From positions 1 to 64,000 of the forward strand of contig NIVC01001997.1 in assembly GCA_002269645.1 (NCBI GenBank): a stretch of DNA of 64,000 bases. Direction: 5' to 3'. A model generated the notes under the pieces. It ran no database searches. It worked only from the letters and a program-made list of their open reading frames with translations, and was not told the origin of the DNA. Of the stretch, positions 35,666 to 48,500 are shown piece after piece. Within the stretch, counting starts at the first letter, position 1. The number at the start of each line of letters is the position of its first letter. Made by a program: the position numbers and the translations under genes. The stretch comes from Macrostomum lignano. Taxonomy: Eukaryota.

Positions 35666-38600
35666 ATGTTTCATGGATGGTCAGTTCCAACTGACAAGAG
35701 AGTCAGCTACTGGACTCAGCGCCGTCGTCGATTGGCTAGTCAAGCTGCCTCTGGTGCTGCTCAGCAAGGTGATTCGGCGGCCCCTGACTCCAATGTATTC
35801 TCTGAAGCAGCAGGTTCTTCCCGAAAACAATTCCGTAGGATGGAGGATAAGCAAAATTGTGGAACACCTATGTGGCCTGAGTTAGAGGATGAGCATGAGT
35901 TAGAGCCAGAGCGTGAGCATGGTTTAGAGCCAGAGCGTGAGCATGAGTTAGAGCCAGAGCGTGAGCATGGTTTAGAGCCAGAGCGTGAGCATGGGTTAGA
36001 GCCAGAGCGTGAGCATGGGTTAGAGCCAGAGCGTGAGCATGGGTTAGAGCCAGAGCGTGAGCATGGTTTAGAGCCAGAGCGTGAGCATGGGTTAGAGCCA
36101 GAGCGTGAGCATGGGTTAGAGCCAGAGCGTGAGCATGGTTTAGAGCCAGAGCGTGAGCATGGGTTAGAGCCAGAGCGTGAGCATAGTTTAGAGCCAGAGC
36201 GTGAGCATGGGTTAGAGCCAGAGCGTGAGCATGGTTTAGAGCCAGAGCGTGAGCATGTGTTAGAGCCAGAGCGTGAGCATGGGTTAGAGCCAGAGCGTGA
36301 GCATGGTTTAGAGCCAGAGCGTGAGCATGGGTTAGAGCCAGAGCGTGAGCATGGGTTAGAGCCAGAGCGTGAGCATGGGTTAGAGCCAGAGCGTGAGCAT
36401 GAGTTAGATGGGTTGGAGCAACCGCAGCAGGAGTCTCATGTGGATGGCGAGCTGGAGCCAGAGGACGTGATGGTTGCAGTTTTTGTCTCGGATGAGTCTT
36501 CGACTGCAGACACAGACAGCTTTGTCGAAGAAATGTCAGAGCCAGAACGGACAAACGAGGAGCCACTTGATGATCCGGCAGATGATCCCGAGCCCGCTGG
36601 GATGGGTGCTGCATTGTATCCCGAGTGCCGATCGACTAAATTACAGTGCGCTATCATCTTGGCCGAGTGTTCAGCGAGGTTGGGACTGTCTCGGGCTGAG
36701 ACCAGCGATTGGCTCCGAGCCAGCGAATGTCTGCTTCCACCGGGCACAACATCGTTTAAGAGCAGCTACGACCTCTGGCGGCACTTCCCTCGGCCTCGCA
36801 TCAGCCAGAAGTTCATTTACTGCAGTGAGTGCAGCAATGAGCTGGAAGAAGGATTAGCCTGTCAATCATGTGACGCGACAACAAAGATTGACTTCATGGT
36901 CTTTGACAACTGCGTGCTGTTTTACAATCTAATGTTCATGAGTGCATCACGTTCCCCATTGACTGCACTGCCGATGGCTCCCATAGTTCGATGGCGAACA
37001 GTACCATGTACCGTTCACTGATTGATCGATTTGGCAGGGAGCGTCTGGAGCGTAAGACTGACCTGACGTATTCTCTGTCTATGGATGCGTTCCCATTGTT
37101 TTCAACTAGTCCCTTCAGCATCACACCTGTGTATCTCACCATAAATGAAATGCCACGTGACTTGCAGCTTACCAATTCAGTACTTGTGGGGCTGTGGTAC
37201 GGCAACGGCAAAAAGGCCAATTGCAATTTGTTCCTGCCAAAGGTAATTGATGCACTGAATTCGATTGCAGAAGTTGGCTTCATTGTGGTACGCGAGGGAA
37301 TTGAGCAACGTATGTATATGCACCCATTGAAGTTTCTGATGGACGCCCCTCAGCGTGCGGATGCTTTAAAGCTGCAGCAGTTCAATGGGATGCATGGGTG
37401 CGACAACTGCTACCATCAGTCTTTCCCTATTCCAGGACGAGAGGCAGCTCGATATTACCCTGTGCACTGCCCTGTCGAAGCAGAGATTTGCTCAACGCTT
37501 CTTGACTATGGATGCCAACCGCAAGAGAATTTGCTACGCTCTGCATCGGACACCTTCCAGTTGGCCGAGTCTGTGAGTGAGCAGCGCATGCGGCAGCCGC
37601 TCCTCGGCGTGAAGGGATTATCTTGCTTGAGCCAATTACGAGGCTTCGATTTTATTGTACAAACCCCGCCCTGTTCGTTGCACGCGCTTTATCTGGGTCT
37701 GCAGCGCTGGCTCATGCGCGTGCTGTTCCTGCCATCAACAGACAAAGAGCGCCCTAAGTTGCAGCGCTTTGACAGCCCAAATTTGCACCACATCCTCACA
37801 GAGGTAGACGTTGCTGTCAAAGCCGTCGTGCTGCCGAGTGCTGCGGTCCAACGCACCCCGGCGCGTTCGCTGTGTGACCTTAAGCATTTCAGGGGTCACG
37901 AGTACCAAGTCTGGCTGTTAGTTCTTGGACCACTGGTTCTTCGTCTCTATGTTGACGACATTCTGTACGACGCCGTCGTGATGCTCTCCAGTGCCTGTTA
38001 TTGGCTCACACTGCCTGGAGCTCCACAGATGGAAGTGGAACGCGCGCAACATTCCCTAAGTGTTGCACAGGATCTGTTCAAGCGTCACTTCGGCGAGTCG
38101 TTTCTCACGTACAACTCTCATCAAGTTTTCCACCATCTAGTTGCCGCTGTGATCAACTTCGGGCCACTGGGGGATCTGAGCGCAGGAATTTACGAAACAT
38201 GCCACCAGAGGCTGCGATCGATGATTCATGGATGCCAAAAAATGGACGTAGAAATTCGAAACAGAATCAGTCGGCGACTAGGCATGCTGCAGCTGAAAGA
38301 GACACTACCTGCAGAGATGAGGCTGCAAATCCGTGAAGCGCAACGGCGCCCGGTACGGAAGACTGCGGCAGGAATTGAATTTTCCGGTGCGAACCCTGCC
38401 AAACTGGTTAAAGCTATCATTCCAACTTCAATGGGGCGCTTGCAAGTCCAATGCTTCCGTAGGGATCGTAGAATCCGGCCATCAAATGCATTCTTGCAAT
38501 TCAAACACCCAGTTAACGGTGGCAATGCCTACGGTCGAGTTGAATGCATCAGCCTACAGAACGACGAAATTATTCTGACGCTCAAGGTCCTTCCGACAGT

Positions 38601-38817
38601 TGCACTTGCTGACTGTGACCCATCGCAGAAGTACGACGCTGAACATCAGGGCTGCACTGTTGGACATATTCGTGACTTCCATGCCGATGTGAACCCATTT
38701 GATGCAGAGGGTGAAGGGGAAGTCGTGCTCATTGCTGCCACTGCCATTACGGCTCATTGCGCTGTCACTCGTCGGCAGCTGGCTATTCTGCCCTGTATTC
38801 AGTCTGCATCATCGTAA
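35666..38817 (+). pseudogene. EnSpm-type DDE transposase interrupted by a -1 frameshift at ~36902-36910
   Basis: Frame 1 (35666-) reaches CSEC..CQSC..IDFMVFD. The -1 frame continues QLRAVLQS... through SMDAF, MDAPQRA, FNGMHGCDNC, LHALYLG, YNSHQVFHH, FGPL and YE motifs typical of animal EnSpm transposases. Confidence 0.85.
35885..36405 (+). repeat. In-frame 24-bp array encoding (LEPEREHG)n inside the transposase N-terminus
   Basis: About 21 units of TTAGAGCCAGAGCGTGAGCATGG(T/G). No stops in the transposase frame. Confidence 0.95.
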
Positions 38818-39628
38818 AAGTATGCCAATCTGTGCCCGCTGGCTTTTCACCTCTATTGTGAAAAGAGATGAAATGGCCTACCACTCTCCATCTTAACCCA
38901 TCCAACAAAACGTAGCTGGCGGATGACGTTAATGGTTGCTTGGCGACGGTGGTTAAGGACAGATCATGGCCTTCGAGACCACGGGTGTGATAGCTTATTG
39001 AAAAACTATTTGAGCGAACTTTCTTGACAACCAATTTGGACAGATGCACAGACCCTACGGCTTTACTTCCAAACCCCTGTCATCGCGGTTCCCCCCGGGC
39101 CCCGCTCCCAAATCCCAGACGCCCCCCCAAGTCACCCGAAGCTCTACTTTTCAACCGAGTCTATTCCCCTGATAGCTCATCGCTACAGTACCTGGTTGCC
39201 GCAGCACACGCCACCCGCACGCGTTTGAGGTCGCCAGCACCATAGACCGTCGCCAGCTATGCAACACATTTCATTTATTTGCTCTATTCAGTTGTTTACT
39301 CATCTGTGTTAACTGCTTTGCTCACCCTTTGCTTATCGATTCGATTATTATTTATTTTCTTTTATTTCCTTGCATGCTAAAATAAAATCGTGCGTGTGCT
39401 AACCATGTGCAACTTTCAACCAAATTCTACGTTTGTTCATCCTTTATAAAGCACAATGTAGCTAGCTATATTAATGCGACAGCTGCAGGCGAAAATATGA
39501 AACTGAGGCTGGGGAAGTGTAGTCAATTATAGGAACTTTCGGGCAAATTAGTCGATATTTGGGCAGAGAAATCAATTACCCAGCTCAATCAATTATTCTC
39601 GGGATTTCCTTATTGCAGAAAGTGTACA

Positions 39629-41106
39629 ATGGAAAGCGCATTTGTTATCCAGCTGACACAAGGGTCGAAAGAAATTATGGCTGCCGCGATATCCTGCATA
39701 ATCGTAGAGTCAACTGCAGCCACGAAAGTCTGCTATGGAACGAAAGCCTCCGTACAGCTTGGAGACAAACTGCACCAGTGCATGGTGCTTACCGAGGCGC
39801 TTCCGACAACTGAGTTGGCAAGCTCCGTGGCCAGCACTATAAGCAAGGTGAGAAGCTTCTGTTAAATGATGTTGACATTACAATGCATGTATTCATATAT
39901 GGATATTATAATTGCATTATATAATTATAATATGCAATGCTCCTACGTTCATATAATCAGGTTTGCAGAACGAGCAGCAATGCCGGCCAGCCTACAAGAC
40001 AGGTGCCTCTGCCACAACAGTGCAGGAGGTGCCAAGTGTTGGACGCGGAGGTGAAGCAGCTACGGACCGAACTCGACGAGTGCCACAGAGAGATGCGCAG
40101 GGAGCTCAGCGTGCTCGAAGAAATAAGCAGGCACAATCTCCTGGGCAAGGTCGATGACATCTGGAACGCTGTCAGATCAGGCTCGTCAGCTCAGGCTACA
40201 ATATCAGGTGCCATTGACCTGCAACGTAGCCCATTGGACGGCAACAGAAACGACGCCGTGAACGAGGCTGTATGCACCACCGAGGCCAACACCATTGCTT
40301 TAAGCGACCATCTCCCGGCGATCAGAATTCAGTGCAGTCTACTGACCGCGGCAACTGCAAAAGTCGTCGGGATGCCGGTTGCTAAGGCGTTAGACGCATT
40401 GACGCGATCGCTTTTAGATGCTCTTGTCCCAGTAGAAGAGCGCCAGACTAAGTCATTGCTTCCTGTTTGTAAAGTTAAGTGTCAAACGATATATTCAACA
40501 AAAAAGTTTACGAGCGTACATGCACATTTTTTATTTCACACTGCAATTCCTACAACCATCCTTGCCAAAATTATCATCCCACCTTTCCCTAGAAACCAAA
40601 CAAAGAAATGCATTTCATAAACTTAAAATCAACCTTCAGGTGGAAACCCCGGCAGGAGTCCGCGCCTCGAGGATGTCATCGCTGACAGGGCATACGACCC
40701 TAGAGCTACGGCGATTGCTGCATTCGTTATCAAGCAGCTGGATGGGGTCACCCTGGCCGACGGATTCAGGGCGGTGAGAAAAGTTCTCCGATACGATCGC
40801 AAGGCGAGAAGTCGAACGATACGGCTGCAGGCAGTTTCTGCTATACCTACATCCTCAGCTTCTGCTGCAGCTGCATCCTCAGCTTCTGCTGCAGCTGCAT
40901 CGTCAGCTTCTGCTGCAGCTGCATCGTCAGCTTCTGCTGCAGCATCCTCGATGGCCCAGGCCAACTACTGCGAGTCGACAAAGCCCAAACATCCTCGACT
41001 GCTGCATACACAAATGGGCAACATTTCCCCAACGCCAACAAACGACAGCTTCACGACGTGCTTCAGCCAAGTCGATGGAGAACTTATCAATATGATAGAA
41101 TTGTGA
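39629..41106 (+). CDS. Transposon accessory protein (~397 aa, 3 exons), coiled coil plus BEN-like domain
   Basis: Exons 39629-39847, 39961-40468, 40640-41106. GT-AG introns with consistent phases (1194 nt). The segment LTRSLLDALVP..SLLPVCG..SPRLED..AIAAFVIKQ..VRKVLRYDRK resembles the BEN fold pattern (recognised from memory, not searched). Confidence 0.7.
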
Positions 41107-42584
41107 GACAATTGATTTTTTACTAACAACTTTTTGCCTCTTATCGTTAAGTTATCACGAATTTAGTGCTGTTTGCAGCCACGCACTAATTGCTTTTTTG
41201 TTTTGTTTTTTTCTGTTTTTTCTTTTGTTCTTCATTTTTGCTTCTTTACATATACATAACTGCTGTTCACATGGTGACCGCGGTCAGTGAAAGTCTGTGA
41301 AAGTAAAAAGCAATAGAAAAAATGGGGAAGCCAGATAAACTGAGAGCACAATCAGGGATTTTTTCTTGCGTTTCACACATTTTGTGAATGTTGCGTTTAC
41401 TGCCATTCTCATACATGTAGAGTTATATTGCAATAGTTACGTCAATGTTTATTGAATTTTAAAAATCCTCTTCACAAGTGGCCACTGTTTCTAGAGTCAC
41501 CCTCCACAAGGTTTTCAGCTGATTAAGCAAAGCGCGTATCCATTGTGAAAGTATACTAGCTGTAGATCCAGAAAATTTTTTCACATTGTCTTGAAATTAC
41601 AAGTTCGCATGTATCTCCTCTTTGCAATCAATGTATGCTCGTGTATACTTTTTGAAAAGGTTTTAAGATGTGCGTAATTTACATGCGCACCACAAAAATA
41701 TAAAACGATTGCTTTTGCCGTTACATAACAAAAAATTACGCAAAATTATGAAAATGCTACTGCTATTTTATTAACAGTGATCTTGCATTGCATTGTTTGT
41801 CTTTTTAGACGGAAGGAGACGTTAATTATCTCTAATTTATAGCGCCTGCCTATGTACATGATGCAAATTATAAACTGAGCACGTAATCAAGTCGTGTTTG
41901 TGTACACATACAAGGGAAAATCATTTAGTTTGGAAAAAAATCTATGCAACTAAATTTATAGTAGTACAAATTTCATACTTGCTACTGACGTTCAGTAGTT
42001 TGAATAGTATGCTGAACTGCTTTCTGTGCGCGTGCAAAATTCTGGGTCACTTTATGCCACGTCGGCGCCGCGTTGCCAAGTTGGTGCCAAGTTCTTAACG
42101 GCTTCCGATTGGTTTGTCGTCGTGGCGCTAACCTGGCGCAGACTGAGCCGCTCAACCCGGCGCATCCACCAACATTTTTCCCAGCGGGCAGTTGAACAAC
42201 TAGGCCTATTAATAACTATCAAGCGGGCAAGCGATTTTTTAGAATCAGTCAGATTTCAGATAAGAAATTTTAAACAATTTAGCTAATAGGTAATGAATTA
42301 GCTAGCTTGGGCTTACCTAGCTTAGATTTATAGGCTTAGCTCAGCTGATCTTGATTCTTGGATCTAAGGAAACTTTGTTGATTTTAAGCAGTTATCGAAA
42401 TTGTCGATATAGGGGCCTATGCCTAACGTTATTACATTAATAAGCCCTACTGAGTACTGAAGCTGTTTTTATGATTGGCCTAGGCTTACTGGGGACATAT
42501 GATTGTTAGGCCTGTCATTTTTAATATTGAGTTTTTAACAATAAGATTGGATAAGAAGTAGGCTTAGGCCCTAGAATTTCAAAA

Positions 42585-45500
42585 ATGAATTTGAAGCTTC
42601 ATTTTGTCCTTGTCTACTTATTCATTTCAACTGCAGCTCTTTATACTTGTCTTGCTATTGCTGGTATGTGACTTAACCGTAATTTTTTTCTACTTATTAA
42701 CTTATATTATTATTTTGGATTTTTGTCTAAAATTAATTTTTTATTTAGTAAAAAGGCCTAGGCCTAATCTTAAACTGTTAAAGTTAAAAAGTTCAGTTAG
42801 TTAGGTAGGCCTAGGCCTAGGCCTAACTAGTATCTACTAGGCCCAGGGCCTAGCTTGATTATTTTAATTTATTTGTTGCATTAGGCCTAGGCCTATAAAA
42901 AACTTTACATTATTCATTGTCATTGAAAAAACCTTAAAAATATTTGAGTTGAGCAATTATTGTATAAAACTAGAGTCTAATGGAATAAATTACCTTTTAG
43001 TAGTTCTAGGTTTCACTTAGAGTAGGGCAATGGGTCTATCTAATAAAAGGCTTATGCATTTTTGAATATAGGCCCATTCTAGCATTTAGACCTAGGCTAA
43101 TTTATAGGCTAATCTTTTTTATTAGCTTTAAATTAGGCTGTTTTTTATATAGGCCCTAATAAAAAGTAATTTCACAATGGGCCTTATATACAACAATATA
43201 CAATAAAGAGAGCCAGAGCAAAAATAGCATAAATTTGTTCAAAGGAAAATAAAAAACTAATAGATATTTTTGCAAACAATATAACAATATCAATGCTAAG
43301 CCTATAGTTATCTAAAACTTATTTAAAAAAACTATGCCTACTTTTAATAGGTTTTGCAAATTTTAAATTATCATACAGTTATTTTAAAAAATAGAAAATT
43401 TTTAAAGCAATATTTGAGAATTTTAAGTGCCTTTTTGGAAGTTATAGTCAATATATTGCCTTGGCATTCATTGGCATTGTTCCAATTATTTTTGCTAAGT
43501 ATTTGTAGGCTGTAGCCATATACTATACAATGATCTTTGTTGTAGACATAGGTTTATAACAATTAATATTTACAATGGCTATAATGATAACTTGTATAAA
43601 ACAAGTAAGGCTAATGTACAATAGAAGTTTCTGTTGTGTACCTTTCTTTTCACAGATTGGATTGTATCTAATTCAAATTTGCAATTGGTTATTATTAACA
43701 ATTTCTAGGGTACCTTTTAAAATACTATTACTTGACATAGACCACCATTGCCATTCCTTCAACATTGCAAAAAGTAGAGTCCTAAGACCTTTGCTATAGA
43801 TTGCTCTATACACAACTTCTTGGGGCCTTCTGAACCTTGTGGCAACCACTACTTAGATTGGAACTTACTTAGACTTAGGGTCATATTAAGGTTAGGGTCA
43901 TATTTTATGACCTTAGTTGACCCTAAAACTTAGGGTCATATTTTATTCCCAATCACTAGGTGCTAGTAAATTTTTTCCAAATTGCATCCAAGCAGTTTAG
44001 CAGGTTGATAACATACTCAGTGTATTGAACCTAGTGTTTAGGCCAAAATACTCATAAGATCTAATAGACACTTGCTTGCTTAGACCAAGATTATCTATTA
44101 TGGAGCATTGCAATGAGAGATGCCTACTTTGTCAACAATCTTGTTTATCATTTTCCAATCCTACTCAATTGCCTATAAAATAGCAGCCATGTTTTCCTTT
44201 ATGAACAATGTTATAGATCTGCTAGACTGCTAGGCATTTTCTATAGACTCTTGGCCCTCCCTGAAGGCCTAAATCTAACACTAATGGGCCAATCCAGTAT
44301 AGCAATGTCCCCATAGACCTTCAAAGCCTCACTAATACAGGCTAACTTCTAGCCAAGTTTTACAAGAAACTTCATGTTAGTACTTCAGTTTTTGGATTTT
44401 TCCATTGCTAAAAGTGTATACTATGATTAGAGTATAACCATGGAGATATCAATTACTTTCAAAGAACCAAAACTCGATCAAATAAAAAAATAAAACTGTT
44501 TTTAATGAAACTAGTTGCAGTTCAATATGTTTTATAGTTTAGGCATTATAACAAAGATTATTACTTTTTGAATGACCTTTGTATATTAGTATATCATAGT
44601 TTCATGGAAAACTATCATATTGGCTAGGTAAAATTCAGGTTACAAATATATATATCAAAGCTATATATAGTCAAGCTATTGTTTATTTCTTATTGATTAA
44701 TATGTTTAAAGTAAGAAAAAAACAATAACTTGCATGTCTAAGATAGTTATATTTCCCTCTAAGCTTTTTATATCTCAACTACTATATCCTTATGAGCTAT
44801 GGTATCTTAACAACTCTCCTATTGACTTAAGATAAACCAATAGCTTTGTACAGACACTTAAGCCTTCTTGCCTTCTGTAATAACCTTCCATAACTTTAAT
44901 AAAGAAGATGGAATGATTTAAAGAAGTTTATATTACATAATTTAATTTTTAGACTCATTACCTACTTAAAAGTAGTAGAATAAAATGTTCCAACTAATAG
45001 TAACTGCAATCAATTAAATTGAGTTATAATGAACAGATGCCTTATCTAGCTACTATACAATGTATTTGTGCTTTAACAAAGGTAACACATCAGTCAAGCT
45101 GGTCTGGAATCGTCTTGTCAAAGTGAGCCTGGATTCTGATGGCCAAGTTTTGACCATAGACAGTCCATTGGGTGTGCCCAGCGACACAGCCTTCCTATTG
45201 CTGCAGGGCCACCAACTACCAACCTTATCCTACAATGCTAATCAACTGTTGCAATTGTCAACTCTGTTGGAGTTTAATCGGTCTGACTCTGTTACTAAGG
45301 GGTATCATATTGGCTTGGTTACTATGGAAACTAGCCTGCCACGTTGGTACGCTAGACTGGTTAATGATGAACAGCTAAATAACAGTGGTAGTACAAAACC
45401 AAGCTATGCTTGGTTACTGATTGTTGCAAAGGCCTGGGACGAACCGTTGCCAGGCGGTTGCTGTACAAATCGATCGCTGCCTTGGTCGGCCTGCAACTCA

Positions 45501-48500
45501 ATTGGGCCAGCTGTTAATCTGTCCCGTCCCGCGGCTTCTTGCCCAATTTGGCAGCTTGACTTTCACCCGGCAGCTGGTCTGAAAACTAACAAGCCAAATT
45601 TAAGACTTTGTCACTCGAAGTCTAAAACTTTGGATAGCAGCGGCCATCGGTTGAAGCGTTTTAAACTGCGCTACCGATTGTACGTAGCCGAAGTGACACA
45701 CGGCGATTGGCCAGCCGCTTTGCGACTAATGTCCACAGCTCAGGATGCTGTAGCCTATGGCCACTTGATTGGAGTTATTAGCAATTCAGCATCTGTTAAT
45801 AGCGACAATTGCTGCCGGTTCACTGTTGGCTCCAGAGATAATATTAACCTAATAGCGACTGTGGTTGCTGAGCGAGTGGACACGTCCCAGTTCAGTGCAT
45901 ATGCACCCGTGCTCATAACGATTAATGAAAATAATGAAGGGTTTGCCGGTTCCGCCTGTCTCTGTTTTGGTAATTGCGATTTATTAAACTCTGTGAAATT
46001 ATCTTGATAGTTCTTTTAACACTCGTAAGCGTACTGATGGAAGTCGAAAGTCACTCCTGTGTGTATCGTTAAAAATTACACTTTAAATTATAGAAATACA
46101 ATCCTCACTGAACCATTAGGAAACACCTCATAAAACAGCTGTGAGAATCGCCCTAAGCCAGCTTTGAGAGTCGTCCCTAAGCCAGCTTGAGATAGGTCCT
46201 TAACTTTGGATACAACGTGCCATCCATAATTAAACCTTTAAACCTTCAACAGATTTCGAGTGTCGAACTGTCTCAATTTTGGCTGCTCTCGTTGGCCTAT
46301 TTCTTTGCACCACTGGCTTTAGATTTTTTGCGGCTAGTAAGTAAAGCTTATTCGTCATTAAATGTAGTCTTTGTAGTGTAGTATTTAAGTAATACTTGGA
46401 TTTTCTTACTATCAGATAGATCAGGATTCGGGATAAGAATCCTCAGATTGGGGATCAGGATTCGGGATAAGAATCCTCAGATTGGGGATCAGGATTCGGG
46501 ATAAGAATCCTCAGATTGGGGATCAGGATTCGAGATAACAGTTTTCAGATTGGGGATCAGGATTCGGGATAACAGTTCTCAGATTAAGGATCAGGATTCG
46601 GGATAAGAATCCTCAGATTGGGGATCAGGATTCGAGATAACAGTTCTCAGATTGGGGATCAGGATTCGGGATAACAGTTCTCAGATTAAGGATCAGGATT
46701 CGGGATAAGAATCCTCAGATTGGGGATCAGGATTCGGGATAAGAATCCTCAGATTGGGGATCAGGATTCGAGATAAAAAATCCTCAGATTGGGGATCAGG
46801 ATTCAGGATAACAGTCCTTAAATTGGGGATCAGGATTCAGTTAGAAGATTCTGAAGCACAATATCCCACCTCCATTGCACCAGGCGTATTCCTATGCGGT
46901 TTCATCAATGGCTCGCTGGTCTTTCTGCCCGTAACACTGAGGCAGACAGCCGCCCAGCTGTCCATGGTTGCCAGCCTGCTGCTAGGATGCCTAGCCCCTG
47001 GTCTAATATTCGGCGGCATAGCCTTGGTTATTTGGCTTCGAAAACGTTGGAATTGGATGGCCTATTTGATTTTGCACCTGCCTTGTTGCTACGCGTTAGC
47101 TAGCCTGCTTTTTGCCACTCCGTTTGGCCAGCTGTGGTGGCTCACTGGCCACGAGGCCGCTTTTCTTGGGGCTCTTGGCGCTGCTGTGCTTCTCTGCCTG
47201 CTGCTTCTGCTGCTGTTTAGTAGCTCGGTGAGTCTTGAGGGATCTGGGAGGCTGGCCCAGCAACTGAGGATCCGAGAGGCTGGCCCGGCAACTGAGGATC
47301 TGGGAGGCTGGGCCAGCAACTGAAGGTCTGGGAGGCTGGCCCAGCAACTGAGGATCTGAGAGGCTGACCCAGCAGCTGACACTCTGGGAGGCTCGCCCAG
47401 CAACAGGGGATCTGGAAGGCTGGCCCAGCAACTGACAATCTGGGAGGCTGGCCCAGCAACTGAGGATCTGGGAGGCTGGCCTAGCAACTGAGAATCTGGG
47501 AGGCTCGCCCAGCAACTGAGGATCTGGGAGGCTGGTAGCCCAGCAACTAAGGATCTGGGATGCTGGCCCAGCAATGGAGGATCTGGGACTGGGAGGCTGG
47601 CCCAGCAACTGAGGATCTGGGAGGCTGGCCCAGCAACTGAGGATATGGGAGGCTGCCCCAGCAGCTGACAATCTGGGAGGCTGGCCCAGCAACTGAGGAT
47701 ATGGGAGGCTGGCCCAGCGACTGAGGATCTGGGAGGATGGCCCAGCAACTGGGGAGCTGAAAGGCTGGCCCAGAAACTAAAGAACTGGCCCTGGCTTTGT
47801 CTATGGCCAAAACTGAGGGATCCGAATTCGCACTCAATTTGCCAACAGAAATTAAGCTAGAACAGGACCTCGCCTTTGCCTGAGTCTCTCTTACATCCTT
47901 GAACCGTTTCAGGGCGCCATTTTCTCCCTGTCATTTGTTGGCGCATTCATGCTGACGGCCGTCCTAACAGCCAATCTTCCCGTGTCGTCGATTTTTCCCT
48001 ACTTGTTCCTGGATTTGTTCCGCCGGACGGCTACGGAAAACTACAACGGGGCGCTGCTGTATTACGAGTTTCGCAGAGTGGCTGGTTAGTTAAAATAGCT
48101 GTTTCTTAAACTGCTTAAGCTTATACGGATGGGAGATTTTTGGGATGCTCCGCCTTTATGATTCTTGATCTATCTCCCCACCTAGGATTCCTACCTTTCG
48201 GGATTCCCACCTTTTGGGACTCCCACCTCTTCGGATTCCCCACCGAAGAGTAATTCCCCGGATTCCCCACCTCTTCGGATTCCCCACCTCTTCGAATTCC
48301 CCACCTTTCCGGATTACCCACCTCTTCGGATTCCCCACCTCTTCGGATTCCCCACCTCTTCGAATTCTCCGCCTTTCCGGATTCCGATCTCTTACAATTC
48401 CCTACCTTTTGTGATTCCTACCTATTTCCTATTTCCTACCTATTCGGATTCTCTACCTATTTGACTTTCCAACCTCTTCGGATCCCCGCCATTTGGATTC

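Larger units (their letters stand above)
34191..42188 (+). mobile_element. Full-length CACTA/EnSpm (CMC) DNA transposon, 7998 bp
   Basis: 14-bp TIR CCCGCTGGGAAAAA (34191-34204 / 42175-42188), 2-bp TSD CA on both sides, shared subterminal TGCGCCAGGT motifs at both ends. Contains a transposase and a second spliced gene. Confidence 0.88.

Noticed and set aside
36895-36915. Programmed -1 ribosomal frameshift in the transposase
   Set aside because: No slippery heptamer, and programmed frameshifting is not a known feature of EnSpm transposases.
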